Below, piece after piece: positions 29,052-38,399 of a DNA stretch of 64,000 bases. The stretch is from Vulcanimicrobiota bacterium (GTDB lineage: Bacteria > Vulcanimicrobiota > Xenobia > Xenobiales > JADMJV01): contig JBFWNU010000002.1 of assembly GCA_050250895.1 (NCBI GenBank), positions 727,659 to 791,658 on the forward strand, written 5' to 3'. The notes beneath the pieces are model-generated. The model was given only the letters and a program-made list of their open reading frames with translations, was not told the DNA's origin and ran no database searches. Position numbers and translations under genes: made by a program. The stretch's first letter is position 1, and each line of letters starts with the position of its first letter.

Positions 29052-30812
29052 ATGTCCAAGAAATGGTTGGCCCTGACGCTGCTGGTGGTCGTGAACCTGT
29101 GGTTGTTCGGCGCCGTCTTCTGGTCGACGTGGGCTTACCCCATCGGTTATCTGGGGCGCGTCGGGGCAGGCATGGTCTACCTCGCCCTGCTAGGAGTGCT
29201 GGTGCTCGGGCCGATCGTGCTGGTGCGTCGCTTCAAGAAGGGCGATGTTTTCGTGGTCTTGGGCCTGGTCAACGGTCTGGCCCTGGCGCTGCTGGTCTGG
29301 CGGCAACCGGTTTGGACGCGCCTGGGCGAGCACGGTCTCGCCCTCCCCAGGGCCCTTTTTTCGACGGCCCAACCAGGGCCTGGTCCGTCGGTGGCTTCTC
29401 CGACACCCACGCCTGCGAATTCGCCCGAGACCCCGGTCGAGACCTCGCCAACCCCATCAACCCTATCGACGCCATCGACGCCGAGTCCCGAGCCCGAGCC
29501 GTCCGGAGAGGCCGAGGTAAGCCGCTTTCTTCCCACTCTTGATTCGAAGTGGGAGCGCGTGTTTGCGCCCGAACTCCCCTCCATGCAGTTCGAATATGAC
29601 GCTCGCAACATCGGTGCTGGCGACGAGTTGGAGATCGGTTGGAACGGTCCCGACGGCCAGGGTTCGCACCCGGTGCCCTCCAAGTCGGGTAACGATTTGC
29701 ACGCTCGGGTTCCGGCCCCCTCGGGGGGCTGGACTCCGGGCCGCTACCAATTCGAGATGGTGGTCAATGGCAAGTCGCAACAGCAGCTCACCATGTGGTT
29801 CTATGCCACTCAGAAGTCGGCCGAGCTTTCCGAGTTGTTCGAGGCGCTCTACCAGGGCGACGGGCAAAAGGCGTTGGAATTGCTGCTCCGCCATCCGGAG
29901 TTAGCCCAGATGCGCGGGCGGGATCCCGAGTTGGACCATCTGGAGAAGTCCCACAGCCAGGCCGACATCAAGGCCCATCGGCTGGACAAACTCACTTCGG
30001 TGTCGGTCGAGGGTCAGACCATCTGGCCCGACGGCGGCACCACCGCTCTCCACCTGGCTTTGACCCGGGCCCCCGAGGTGACTCGGCGTCTACTCGAACT
30101 CAAGGCCCCCCTCGACATCCCCGACCACAAGGGCTTCTTGCCCACTCACCGGGCCGTGCTGGCCGACCGAGCGGACCTCCTGGTCAGGTTGCTCGAAGCG
30201 GGCGCAGAACTAGAAGGAAGAGAGGGCACCCAGTCGTTGACGCCCCTGCAGCTGGCCGTGCGCCAGAGGAAGGGGGCTAAGTGCGTCAGGGTCCTGCTGG
30301 AGCGGGGGGCCGACCCGAATCTGACCTATGATCTCCGTTCCCCTCTGCAAGACGCCTGCGCCGTGGATAACGTGGAGGTGGCGCGACTGTTGCTCGAACA
30401 TGGACTGACCGCCCCCCCTTCGCTCTTTCTGGTCAAGGGTCGCGAGATGGCCGGATTGTTTCTGAGCCACGGGGCCGACTTGGAAGAGCGTAATCAGAAG
30501 GGCCAGACTCCGCTCATCGCGGCCTGTTGGGCGGGTTACGACGAAGTCGTCGAGAAACTGGTCCAGGCCGGGGCCGATGTCAACGCCAACGATCGCCAGG
30601 GCTTTACTCCGCTCTACGGCGCTCTGACCAGTTGCCGGGCCGAGACGGTAAAGGTGCTGCTGGAATACGGTGCCCGACCCGAGGCCACCAACAGCGATGG
30701 AAAGACGCCCGAACAGTATCTACGCTCGACCATGACCGGACCGGGAACTGGAGAGCAAGACCAGCAAAGGCGACAAGAGAACCTGGAAGCGCTGACCAGT
30801 GCCCAACCCTAG
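29052..30812 (+). CDS. Membrane-anchored ankyrin-repeat protein
   Basis: Three N-terminal TM helices, P/S/T linker, beta domain, then about 6 ankyrin repeats (GTTALHLA, TPLQLA, GQTPLIAA, GFTPLYGA, GADVN). Confidence 0.88.
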   Translation: MSKKWLALTLLVVVNLWLFGAVFWSTWAYPIGYLGRVGAGMVYLALLGVLVLGPIVLVRRFKKGDVFVVLGLVNGLALALLVWRQPVWTRLGEHGLALPRALFSTAQPGPGPSVASPTPTPANSPETPVETSPTPSTLSTPSTPSPEPEPSGEAEVSRFLPTLDSKWERVFAPELPSMQFEYDARNIGAGDELEIGWNGPDGQGSHPVPSKSGNDLHARVPAPSGGWTPGRYQFEMVVNGKSQQQLTMWFYATQKSAELSELFEALYQGDGQKALELLLRHPELAQMRGRDPELDHLEKSHSQADIKAHRLDKLTSVSVEGQTIWPDGGTTALHLALTRAPEVTRRLLELKAPLDIPDHKGFLPTHRAVLADRADLLVRLLEAGAELEGREGTQSLTPLQLAVRQRKGAKCVRVLLERGADPNLTYDLRSPLQDACAVDNVEVARLLLEHGLTAPPSLFLVKGREMAGLFLSHGADLEERNQKGQTPLIAACWAGYDEVVEKLVQAGADVNANDRQGFTPLYGALTSCRAETVKVLLEYGARPEATNSDGKTPEQYLRSTMTGPGTGEQDQQRRQENLEALTSAQP

Positions 30813-32146
30813 CCGCGAAGCTGCTCGGGCGTCTTGGCGAAGTTTTCGTAGGTGGGCGGCAAACCCAGCTCTTCCATCACCTGGCCGCGCTCTTCGAGTT
30901 GTGGCCGGGTCAGACCAAGGTCCTGGGGAAAGGTGAGGATCAGATGCGCGTCGCGGGCCGGATTCATCTCGAGCATGGCCGGTCGAATCCAGCCGGTCTC
31001 GCCCGGCCACACGCTCTGGTCCCAGGCTTTGATGGCTTCGCTCGGTCCGATACCGTCGCGCTCTTGATAGTCGCGAACCACCCGCCGCAGCAGCCGGTCA
31101 TCGGCCGAGGGCGAGTCGACGAAGACGGTGCGGTATTCCAGGCCCAAGTCTTTGAGATAGGCTACGATGTCCCGATGGCCGGCGTGAATCGAGTCGAGTA
31201 CCAGGATGCCGTCCGGGGCGAGGCTGGCGGTGTCGCTCTGGTCCTCGCGAAAGCCGTGCAGGTTGCCTTCGGATTTCCAGAGCGGGGCGTCCAGACGCTT
31301 GAAACCAGGGGGAGAGTCGTGAAAGTTGTAGCGTGGAAGGTCGGATCGACCGCGAGACAGCAGGTCGCCAATGTCCTCTTTGAGATCGTCGACATGCATG
31401 TAATCGGGATGGTCCCAAAAGGCCGTGCCGGCTTCGGTTCGCGGCATGTCGGGGTCATCGGCGTCGCGGAAATACTGGTCGCCCCCCAACACCGTGACCT
31501 TGCGCTCTTTGGCGGCGGCCAGCTCTTCAATCTTGGCCACCAGCCGAGACTTGCCGGCGGCCGATCCTCCGGCCAGCAAGATGGCCACGCGGCCCTGGGG
31601 AAGGTCCTCCACCAGCTCTTCCAACGCACGATAGTTGGCTTCAAGCGATGCGTCGCCGCCATCTCGCAACAGGCTGGCCACCGTTCCCTGGGTATGGGGT
31701 CCCGGCACCGAGAACGACTTCACCTGGTCGCTTCCGCCAAACTCTTGCAGCGTATAGCGGCGCGAGGGATAGACCCGAGCCAGCTCCTTGAGGATCGAAC
31801 TCGAGCCCAGGCGTTGCTGCACTTCAAAGATGCCTTCGAGGACGGGTTGCTTGACCGCGTCGGGGCGAGAGGCGACCACCAGTTGGGTGGTATCTTCGTC
31901 GCTGGTGACGGTCGCCACCACCGCGGTGGCGGTGGGGAACTGGCGCAAATGGACCAGCAGATTCTCGGCCGTCTGGGCCCGGGCGCTGCGGGTCGATACT
32001 CGGGCGGGCTCGAGTTCCGTGGTGTGGATGTGTTCTAAGCCTTTGATCTCGACAAAGTCGAGGGGCGTGTCGGGCACGGGCGCCATGATGCCGAGCCAGC
32101 GAAAAGCTGACCTGATGGTCTCGATGGAACGCGTGCCGATCTCCAC
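30809..32146 (-). CDS. Uridine kinase-like P-loop kinase with ~185-aa N-terminal extension
   Basis: AGGSAAGKS Walker A, DQYF, LPRYNF and RLLRRVVRDYQER. Confidence 0.8.
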   Translation of the reverse strand: MEIGTRSIETIRSAFRWLGIMAPVPDTPLDFVEIKGLEHIHTTELEPARVSTRSARAQTAENLLVHLRQFPTATAVVATVTSDEDTTQLVVASRPDAVKQPVLEGIFEVQQRLGSSSILKELARVYPSRRYTLQEFGGSDQVKSFSVPGPHTQGTVASLLRDGGDASLEANYRALEELVEDLPQGRVAILLAGGSAAGKSRLVAKIEELAAAKERKVTVLGGDQYFRDADDPDMPRTEAGTAFWDHPDYMHVDDLKEDIGDLLSRGRSDLPRYNFHDSPPGFKRLDAPLWKSEGNLHGFREDQSDTASLAPDGILVLDSIHAGHRDIVAYLKDLGLEYRTVFVDSPSADDRLLRRVVRDYQERDGIGPSEAIKAWDQSVWPGETGWIRPAMLEMNPARDAHLILTFPQDLGLTRPQLEERGQVMEELGLPPTYENFAKTPEQLRG

Positions 32147-32189
32147 CGGTGTAGTGTAGACGAACGCACTTAAAGGAATTTGAACGGCG

Positions 32190-35100
32190 CTAGCCGGCCC
32201 GGCCGTAGTGGTTCAGGATAGCTTCGATCTGATCCTCAGGTGTGCCCAGCATTTTGCCGGCGCCACGAATCTTGGCTTCCAGAGCGGGGGTGAACGGTCC
32301 CAAGGGCGGCTTGTCTTTGAGATTGGAAAACTCCATGATGAAGCCGGCCGTCTCGGCGAAGTCCTCGCGCGGAAGCTTATAGCCGACGTGGTCCTGAGCA
32401 TAGAAAGACACGTAGTCGGTTGGCTCGGTGCGGCTGAAGGTGCCCTTGACCGGGGCGCGGTCGGGCCCGACCGAGCCGTTGCCCCCAAAGGGACCGAATT
32501 TTCCGGTCTCGCTGGCGTAGAGATCGCCGGTCCCCAGGCGCTTATCGGTGATGTGGCTCGTTTCGTGAAAGAGGGTGCCGCGTCGCTGGCTGTCGGCGAG
32601 TTCGAAGTCGTGCACCCGCACCTTGGCCCAGTCCTGGATCTGCTCGTCGCTCCAGCCGTAGCCGCCTCCTTCGTTGACGGCTTTGAGTTGCTGGGTATTG
32701 ATCTCTTCCCGGGCTCTGGCTTTGGCTTCTAGCAAGGGTTGGTTGCTCTCGTTGGGCTGGCGACGCACCACCACCACGTCGCTCTGATCGGGGGTCAGGT
32801 GGGGGTTGTCCACTCCCGGGGTGGGCACGAAACCCATGCCAGCCTCTTCGATCCGGGGCAATCCGTCAGGCCCGACCCCGACCTTGGTATTGAGTTGGGA
32901 GGTGAAATGGACTTCTTTGATGTCCTGGAGGGAGTTGGGAGCACTCTTTTGCATGCGTTGCAGAGCGTCCCGCGTGGCTTCGAGATCGGCCAGTTGGCGG
33001 GCCTCTCCGCCGCCTAAGGTGTAGACCTTGACCTGGTGACCACCGATCTCGATGGTGGGTGGATCCTTGATCAGGGTGCGGGCGGCCAGGATGTTGGCAT
33101 CGACCCCTTCGCTGGTGACCAGCTTCTGGAAGCCGCCACCCTTCTTGGGCACATTGGGAGCCAGAGCGGTCACGTCGTTGTTCAAGAGCTGCACCTCGCC
33201 CTTGACGTCTTGGTAAAGCTGGAAGGCCACCGCCTTGCGAACGTTGGGGTCCTGGGCTGCTTCGGCCGTGATGCGGCCTTCCTGAGCTGCCTGGGCGGTG
33301 AGTTTGTCGGCGTGCTCCTCGAGCACGTATCGTCGGTTCCGGCTGGCCGATTCGACGGCGCTCTTTTGCCGGGTCAGGTCCTGATAGGCGTTGTCCACTT
33401 CGCGATAGGCCAGGCGCAGCTTGTCGGACTCACCCTGGAGTTGAGCGATGGCGTCGACATCGCCAGCGGCCCTGGCTTCGTTGAGCTTGACGCGCACGGC
33501 GTCTTCAGCCAGGAAAGCCTCGGTGCGGGCCTGGTTGGCAACCTCGAATTGGGCCGGAGTCGGGCTTTCGGGAACGGGAGGCAGCTCGGCCAGACGGGCT
33601 TTGAGGGGATCGCTGTCGGTGACGTAGCGGGGACCTTCCGGCACATTCACTTTGCCGACCGGAGCTTCCACCACCGGATGGGGTTCTACCGCGCCTTTGA
33701 CCGGGCCGGCGGGTGTCTCCCCGGCCCCTCCGCGGACTGACTGGGCCTCGGCCGCGGCTGCCCGTGCCTCGGCGCTGGCTGCCGGCCCTTCGCCTTTGAG
33801 GGCGTTCGAGAGCTTCTGGCCGACGTAGTCGAGGGGGACGGCCAAAGCGCCGCCGATAGCGCCGCCGATGATAGCCGAGTCGGTAGCGGCTTTGAACACT
33901 TCCTCGGCAGTGCCGCCCTCGAGGGCCTCGCGCGTGCCGCCCGAGACACCCGCGCCGATGGCCCCATTGACGATGCCTTCGGTGGTGACGGCTGCAACGC
34001 GGGTAGGCATCTTCGCAGCCAGTGGACCGGCCAACTTGGCGCCCAGAATGGCTCCGCCTACGTCGGCAGCGCCCTGCAGGCCGTCTTTGACGGCATCGTT
34101 GTTGTCGTAGGCCTCACCCTGGACCCCGCTCTTGACGGCGATGTTGGTGCCCGCCCCGGCGGCGGTGAACAAGACTCCGGTGGTGACCGGGGCGGCGCTG
34201 CCGGCGGTCACTACGGTGGCCGTGATGGCCACGGCCGTGGTGGCCGCCAGGGCTGCCCCCTCGGCCACGCCGTCCTTCTCGCCGCGAAAGACCTCGACAT
34301 CCCCTTTGTTATAGCCGGTGAGTTCGCCCACCCGCTGGTCCCAATGAGACTGCATCTGAGTGTCGCCCGAAGCTTTGGCCCGATGCAGTTGGCCGAGGGC
34401 ATACTCCGATCTTTCGACGTTGGTGTTCATGATCTCGTCGGTCTCGGTGAAGGCGCCACCCGACTCGGCAAAGCCCCACTGGACGACCGTGGCGACAGGG
34501 TCGGTGAGGTTGTCACTGATGGCGGTGCCCAATTTGTTGGGCGGGTCCTCGAACTGGGCCCGCTCTTTGGCGAGGGCCACCTTCTCTTCGGCGGTCTTGG
34601 GCTCGCCCCGCAGGGCGATCCGGGCCTCGAACTCTCCCCGACCATCGAGGCGGCGGTCGACCTCTTTGGTCAGGTCGAGTCCCTGGGGATGGTCTTTGCT
34701 CACGGTGGCCTGGCGAAAGGCCTGCCTGGCCCTGTCGGGACCAAGCTTGGTAATGGCGTCGGCCGCCTCCATTCCATCCACCTCGGAACCGGTCAGGGCA
34801 TATTGCAGACGCTTCTCAGAGGAAAGTCGGCCCTCGGCCAGGAGGGTCTCGGCCCGGTCGCGGTCCTCGCCACCCAGCCGCGCGATCTCCTGGCGCAGCG
34901 GCTTGGTGTACAGCTGGTCATACTCGGTCTCGAGTTTGCGCATATAATCGCGTCGTTGGACGGGGTCGTCGATATTGGGGCTCAAGGCGTCGAAGAGCTT
35001 GTCTTTGTCGATACCTGCCCAGCCGTCGACAGCGTCCCGGGCTTTGGCCGCATCGGCTCGGGGCAGGTTGCCTGCCAGCAGAGCTTTGGCCTGATCGCGG

Positions 35101-36074
35101 TCGGTACCCTCGAGCTTGACGAGGCTGGCTCCCATACTGCCCTTAAAGCTGGATCTGTCCACCCGGGCCACGGCTTCGGGGCCCATCTCGCGCATCTTCT
35201 CGACCACGGCCGCGCCGTCTTTTCGAGCCAGTTGGTGGCCCAGGCCAATCCCGTCGGCTTTGTCTTTGTCGCCCGCCAGCAGCGCCTGCAGGGCCAGCTG
35301 CTTGTTGGGATTGCGCTTGTTGGTGAGGGCCGGAATCAGGGCCTGCTCCAGAGTGCGGTCTTTGGGGTCAAGCCGTTCGAAGCGGAGTTTAGTTTGCCTT
35401 ATCTCCTCTGGCTCCAGCCGACGCAACACCTTGCTGGCTCTGGCCGGATCCTTGCCCCCCTGGGCCGCCTCCGTCAGTTCGGCGGCGGCCGCTCCGATGC
35501 GGTCGCCCTTGCGAATCGAGTCGTAGAACTTGCGGTCGTTCTCGCCGAATTCCTTGTCGAGCTCGCCCACTAGATCACTGCCGATGCGGTCTTTGTAAGC
35601 AAGTTCAATGGCTCGGATCTGCTTGGGCGAGCGGTCCCAGAACAGATCGCGAAGGGCGCCCCCATGCGTGTCCCACCGCCCTTCGCCAGCCTGGTAGATG
35701 GCGGTGACGTCGGAGTTGAGCTCAAAGGGGCGCCCCGAGACCGTCTTGGCCAGAGCAGGATCGGCGCGTAAAGCGCGCAACTCGGCCAGTTCATTGGCGG
35801 TAATCTTATCCTTGTGACCCATCGGCAGTCCCGGGGTGGGAGGCAGCAGCTTGGGGTCGATGGTAGCCTGGGGCGGAGCCGACAGCAGCGCTTTCAGGCG
35901 GGCCGCCGAGGTCTGGGTGCCGAACAGATCGTTCTTGGCAGGCACCTGAGGGCCGGTCAGCTGCGACAACAGCAGGCTCGGTTTTTGCACCACGCATTTG
36001 TCATCGACGATGAGCGACGGGGTCATTTGGCTACGCGTGCCGGGGTCGAAGATACCTCCACCATTGCTTGCCAT
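32190..36074 (-). CDS. 1294-aa annexin-like repeat / hydrophobic segment / zincin metalloprotease protein (putative toxin or effector)
   Basis: Annexin-like repeats (e.g. AIYQAGEGRWDT...RSPKQIRAIELAYKDRIGSDLVGELDKEFG), a G/A/T/V-rich hydrophobic region, and C-terminal HETSH plus SFYA...EDFAE. Confidence 0.75.
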   Translation of the reverse strand: MASNGGGIFDPGTRSQMTPSLIVDDKCVVQKPSLLLSQLTGPQVPAKNDLFGTQTSAARLKALLSAPPQATIDPKLLPPTPGLPMGHKDKITANELAELRALRADPALAKTVSGRPFELNSDVTAIYQAGEGRWDTHGGALRDLFWDRSPKQIRAIELAYKDRIGSDLVGELDKEFGENDRKFYDSIRKGDRIGAAAAELTEAAQGGKDPARASKVLRRLEPEEIRQTKLRFERLDPKDRTLEQALIPALTNKRNPNKQLALQALLAGDKDKADGIGLGHQLARKDGAAVVEKMREMGPEAVARVDRSSFKGSMGASLVKLEGTDRDQAKALLAGNLPRADAAKARDAVDGWAGIDKDKLFDALSPNIDDPVQRRDYMRKLETEYDQLYTKPLRQEIARLGGEDRDRAETLLAEGRLSSEKRLQYALTGSEVDGMEAADAITKLGPDRARQAFRQATVSKDHPQGLDLTKEVDRRLDGRGEFEARIALRGEPKTAEEKVALAKERAQFEDPPNKLGTAISDNLTDPVATVVQWGFAESGGAFTETDEIMNTNVERSEYALGQLHRAKASGDTQMQSHWDQRVGELTGYNKGDVEVFRGEKDGVAEGAALAATTAVAITATVVTAGSAAPVTTGVLFTAAGAGTNIAVKSGVQGEAYDNNDAVKDGLQGAADVGGAILGAKLAGPLAAKMPTRVAAVTTEGIVNGAIGAGVSGGTREALEGGTAEEVFKAATDSAIIGGAIGGALAVPLDYVGQKLSNALKGEGPAASAEARAAAAEAQSVRGGAGETPAGPVKGAVEPHPVVEAPVGKVNVPEGPRYVTDSDPLKARLAELPPVPESPTPAQFEVANQARTEAFLAEDAVRVKLNEARAAGDVDAIAQLQGESDKLRLAYREVDNAYQDLTRQKSAVESASRNRRYVLEEHADKLTAQAAQEGRITAEAAQDPNVRKAVAFQLYQDVKGEVQLLNNDVTALAPNVPKKGGGFQKLVTSEGVDANILAARTLIKDPPTIEIGGHQVKVYTLGGGEARQLADLEATRDALQRMQKSAPNSLQDIKEVHFTSQLNTKVGVGPDGLPRIEEAGMGFVPTPGVDNPHLTPDQSDVVVVRRQPNESNQPLLEAKARAREEINTQQLKAVNEGGGYGWSDEQIQDWAKVRVHDFELADSQRRGTLFHETSHITDKRLGTGDLYASETGKFGPFGGNGSVGPDRAPVKGTFSRTEPTDYVSFYAQDHVGYKLPREDFAETAGFIMEFSNLKDKPPLGPFTPALEAKIRGAGKMLGTPEDQIEAILNHYGRAG

Positions 36075-37186
36075 CAGGTCGCTGCTCCTTCTGCTTGTAG
36101 TCGTTGCGCCAGCGCCGTCAGGGCGCTGCAGTAACCTTCACAACTGTGATAGGCGGCCCGACCGTGCGAAGCCACCTGCGCGGTCAGGGCGGTCAGGGCC
36201 TCTCGCGCCTCTTGCCACAGTGCTTGAGCTTGACTCTCGATCAGCGGCATCAAGCGCAGATTGACTTGATCGAAGCGCTGCTGCTGAAGCCTGAGTTCGT
36301 CTTCTAGCCTGGCTTGTTCGACAGTGCCCTCCTCCCACCCGGCCACCAGCTGGCACAGGTTGTGAAGGTGTAGAAAGGTGTCCTCTTCGGGTTGTCGACC
36401 GATGGTCTCAGCCAGCAGGTCGTGATGAGCCTCGTTCCACTCGCCCACCAGCTGGCCCACCAGCTGATGCAGTTCGGCCTCTTCGGCTTCGTCGGGATGC
36501 TGGTGGAGTTGCTCGACCACGGCATCAATCTTCTGCAGCAGCTCATTCACCGTCTGGCTGCGCGAGGGAGGCAGCTGGTCGGCCAGCCGCCCGAACTCGT
36601 CGCTCCAGCTCTCGAGCTGATGGGTGATATAGCTGAGGTATTCTGTCCACTCGGGGTCGTCAAGGTCAAAGCCCTGCAGAGTCAGCACCAGGGTCTGCAG
36701 GTCCACGGCGGCCAGGTGGTCGTGGTCGTGGTTGGCTTGCTCGACGATTTGACCCACCAGGCTGCGCAGCTCGAGCCCGTCCAGGCTGGCATGCCCCTGG
36801 CTCCATAGATGCAGGTTGGTCAGGGCCTGACGCAATTCGGGGTCGACCTGGCGCGACGCCAGTTGCAGACAGGCGTTCTCTAGCAGCGGTTCGAGATGGC
36901 CATCGAGCTCTTCGCCCTCGAGATAGCGCGCCAGCGGCCGCAGAGGTTCGTTGAGCCAGGCGAAGGCCGTGGGTCCCTCTTCGGCCGAGAGAGTCTCGAG
37001 GAAGCGTTCGGTGTGCCAGAGCAGCTCGGCGTGAGCTAGAGCGGTGGGCGCTTCGGCCAGGTCATCTTTGAGGGCCCTGAGGCCTTCGAGGTTTTCTTGA
37101 AGCCAACCCTCATGGGCGAGCGGACTCCGCTCGGCGCGCGCCACGACCTGCCCCAACCATGCGTCCAACTCCTGCTCGTAGGTCAC
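36074..37186 (-). CDS. Acidic all-helical hypothetical protein coupled to the annexin-metalloprotease gene
   Basis: 370-aa L/E/Q-rich ORF. Its TGA overlaps the downstream ATG at 36074. Confidence 0.75.
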   Translation of the reverse strand: MTYEQELDAWLGQVVARAERSPLAHEGWLQENLEGLRALKDDLAEAPTALAHAELLWHTERFLETLSAEEGPTAFAWLNEPLRPLARYLEGEELDGHLEPLLENACLQLASRQVDPELRQALTNLHLWSQGHASLDGLELRSLVGQIVEQANHDHDHLAAVDLQTLVLTLQGFDLDDPEWTEYLSYITHQLESWSDEFGRLADQLPPSRSQTVNELLQKIDAVVEQLHQHPDEAEEAELHQLVGQLVGEWNEAHHDLLAETIGRQPEEDTFLHLHNLCQLVAGWEEGTVEQARLEDELRLQQQRFDQVNLRLMPLIESQAQALWQEAREALTALTAQVASHGRAAYHSCEGYCSALTALAQRLQAEGAAT

Positions 37187-37326
37187 ACCAAGAGTATGCC
37201 ACGCGGTGGGAAGATGTCTAGATGTTAACAGGTCCGTTTACTCCGGTGTAACAGAAAGTCAACAATTTCCGGGGTGGGGTCAGCCGTTTGCCAGGTCAGG
37301 GCCGGCGTTCTTGCGAAGCTGCTGGG

Positions 37327-37836
37327 ATGAGTGAGCGTCCTCGTTGCGGATTGCCTGCCGACGATGCCGAACTACGACGGCTGTTGACGCCCGAACAGTA
37401 TCGCATTACCCGCCAGAACGGCACCGAGCGGCCCTTCGATAATGCCTTTTGGGATCACCACGAGCCGGGGCTCTATGTGGATGTCATCTCGGGCAAGCCG
37501 CTCTTTGCTTCGGTGCACAAGTATGACTCGGGCACCGGCTGGCCCAGCTTCTTTCGCCCCGCCGACCCCGCCGAGGTGGTCGAGATCCCCGATCCGGCCT
37601 CGGGCGAGATCACTATCGCCGAGGTCCGCTCGAAGACCAGCGATGCCCACCTGGGTCACGTCTTCTCGGACGGGCCGGAACCAACCGGGATGCGCTATTG
37701 CATCAACTCGGCCGCCCTTCGGTTTATCCCGGCCAGCCAGCTCCTGGACCAGGGTTATGGCGAGTTTTCGGCCTGGTTCTACGGGGCCCAGGTGGAAGGG
37801 TGGCTCAAGGTCGCGTCATTCGGCAGCGGAGGCTAA
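37327..37836 (+). CDS. msrB: Peptide-methionine (R)-S-oxide reductase (zinc-free type)
   Basis: [29 protein letters not shown] and [12 protein letters not shown] at 37327. Confidence 0.92.
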   Translation: MSERPRCGLPADDAELRRLLTPEQYRITRQNGTERPFDNAFWDHHEPGLYVDVISGKPLFASVHKYDSGTGWPSFFRPADPAEVVEIPDPASGEITIAEVRSKTSDAHLGHVFSDGPEPTGMRYCINSAALRFIPASQLLDQGYGEFSAWFYGAQVEGWLKVASFGSGG

Positions 37837-38338
37837 ACCCCAGCAGTCGTTTGACGTGACCATCTTCCAGGCCGCGACGCGGTCGATCTCCACCAACAGC
37901 GTAGGAGCCCTCCGCCCAGTCGCCCACGCCCGCAGGTCCAGCCCGATTTCGTCGTCGACGATGGCAACGGCCTGTTCTTTGAGCCATCGCGTAAGGCCGG
38001 GAAACTTGCGAGATTGGCCGGGGGCGGCCGCCGGGTAGCGGTCAAAATTGATGTAGGGCAGCCCCTCGGGTAGCCTACGAGGGGTGCGACTTGATAGCTG
38101 GCTGAACGCTGCCACGACGTCGACCAGACGATGGAGAAATGAGGGTGCAGTTGCTGCAGGCGCCCAGGCAGACCGCGGTCGATGGTCAGAGGCACCTCGC
38201 CAACCCACGCTTCGAACACTTCGTCGGCCTGGTGTTGACCCATGAGGTTGATCGGTCCATCCACGTCAAGGGCGAGCAAGGGTAGCACCGAGGCTGTTTT
38301 CGAAGAGCGGCTCGCTTCCCCTGGCTCAAGGTCGCGTC
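37801..38338. repeat. 17-bp direct repeat TGGCTCAAGGTCGCGTC flanking the HAD pseudogene
   Basis: Identical copies at 37801-37817 and 38322-38338. Confidence 0.8.
37805..38288 (-). pseudogene. HAD-domain (HAD_SAK_2-like) pseudogene with two frameshifts
   Basis: LLALDVDGP..IVWSTSW lies in one frame, GLPYI...VAIVDDEI in a second and PRRGLEDGH in a third. Confidence 0.7.
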
Positions 38339-38399
38339 TAACCAACGCCGATGATCCTCTTGGGCGGAATTCGAGTGGCCTGGTGAGAAAGCCTGGAGG

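Noticed and set aside
28373-29059. N-terminal 228 aa of the 654-aa ORF 27095-29059
   Set aside because: It overlaps antisense to the 28490-28948 gene, which has an SD, a signal peptide and a terminator. Family similarity begins near 28372.
37200-37265. Shared GTTAACATCT / N6-spaced direct-repeat regulatory motif upstream of 37186, the S8 gene and the peroxidase
   Set aside because: The matches are short and the spacing to putative -10 elements is inconsistent, so chance cannot be excluded without a genome-wide motif search.
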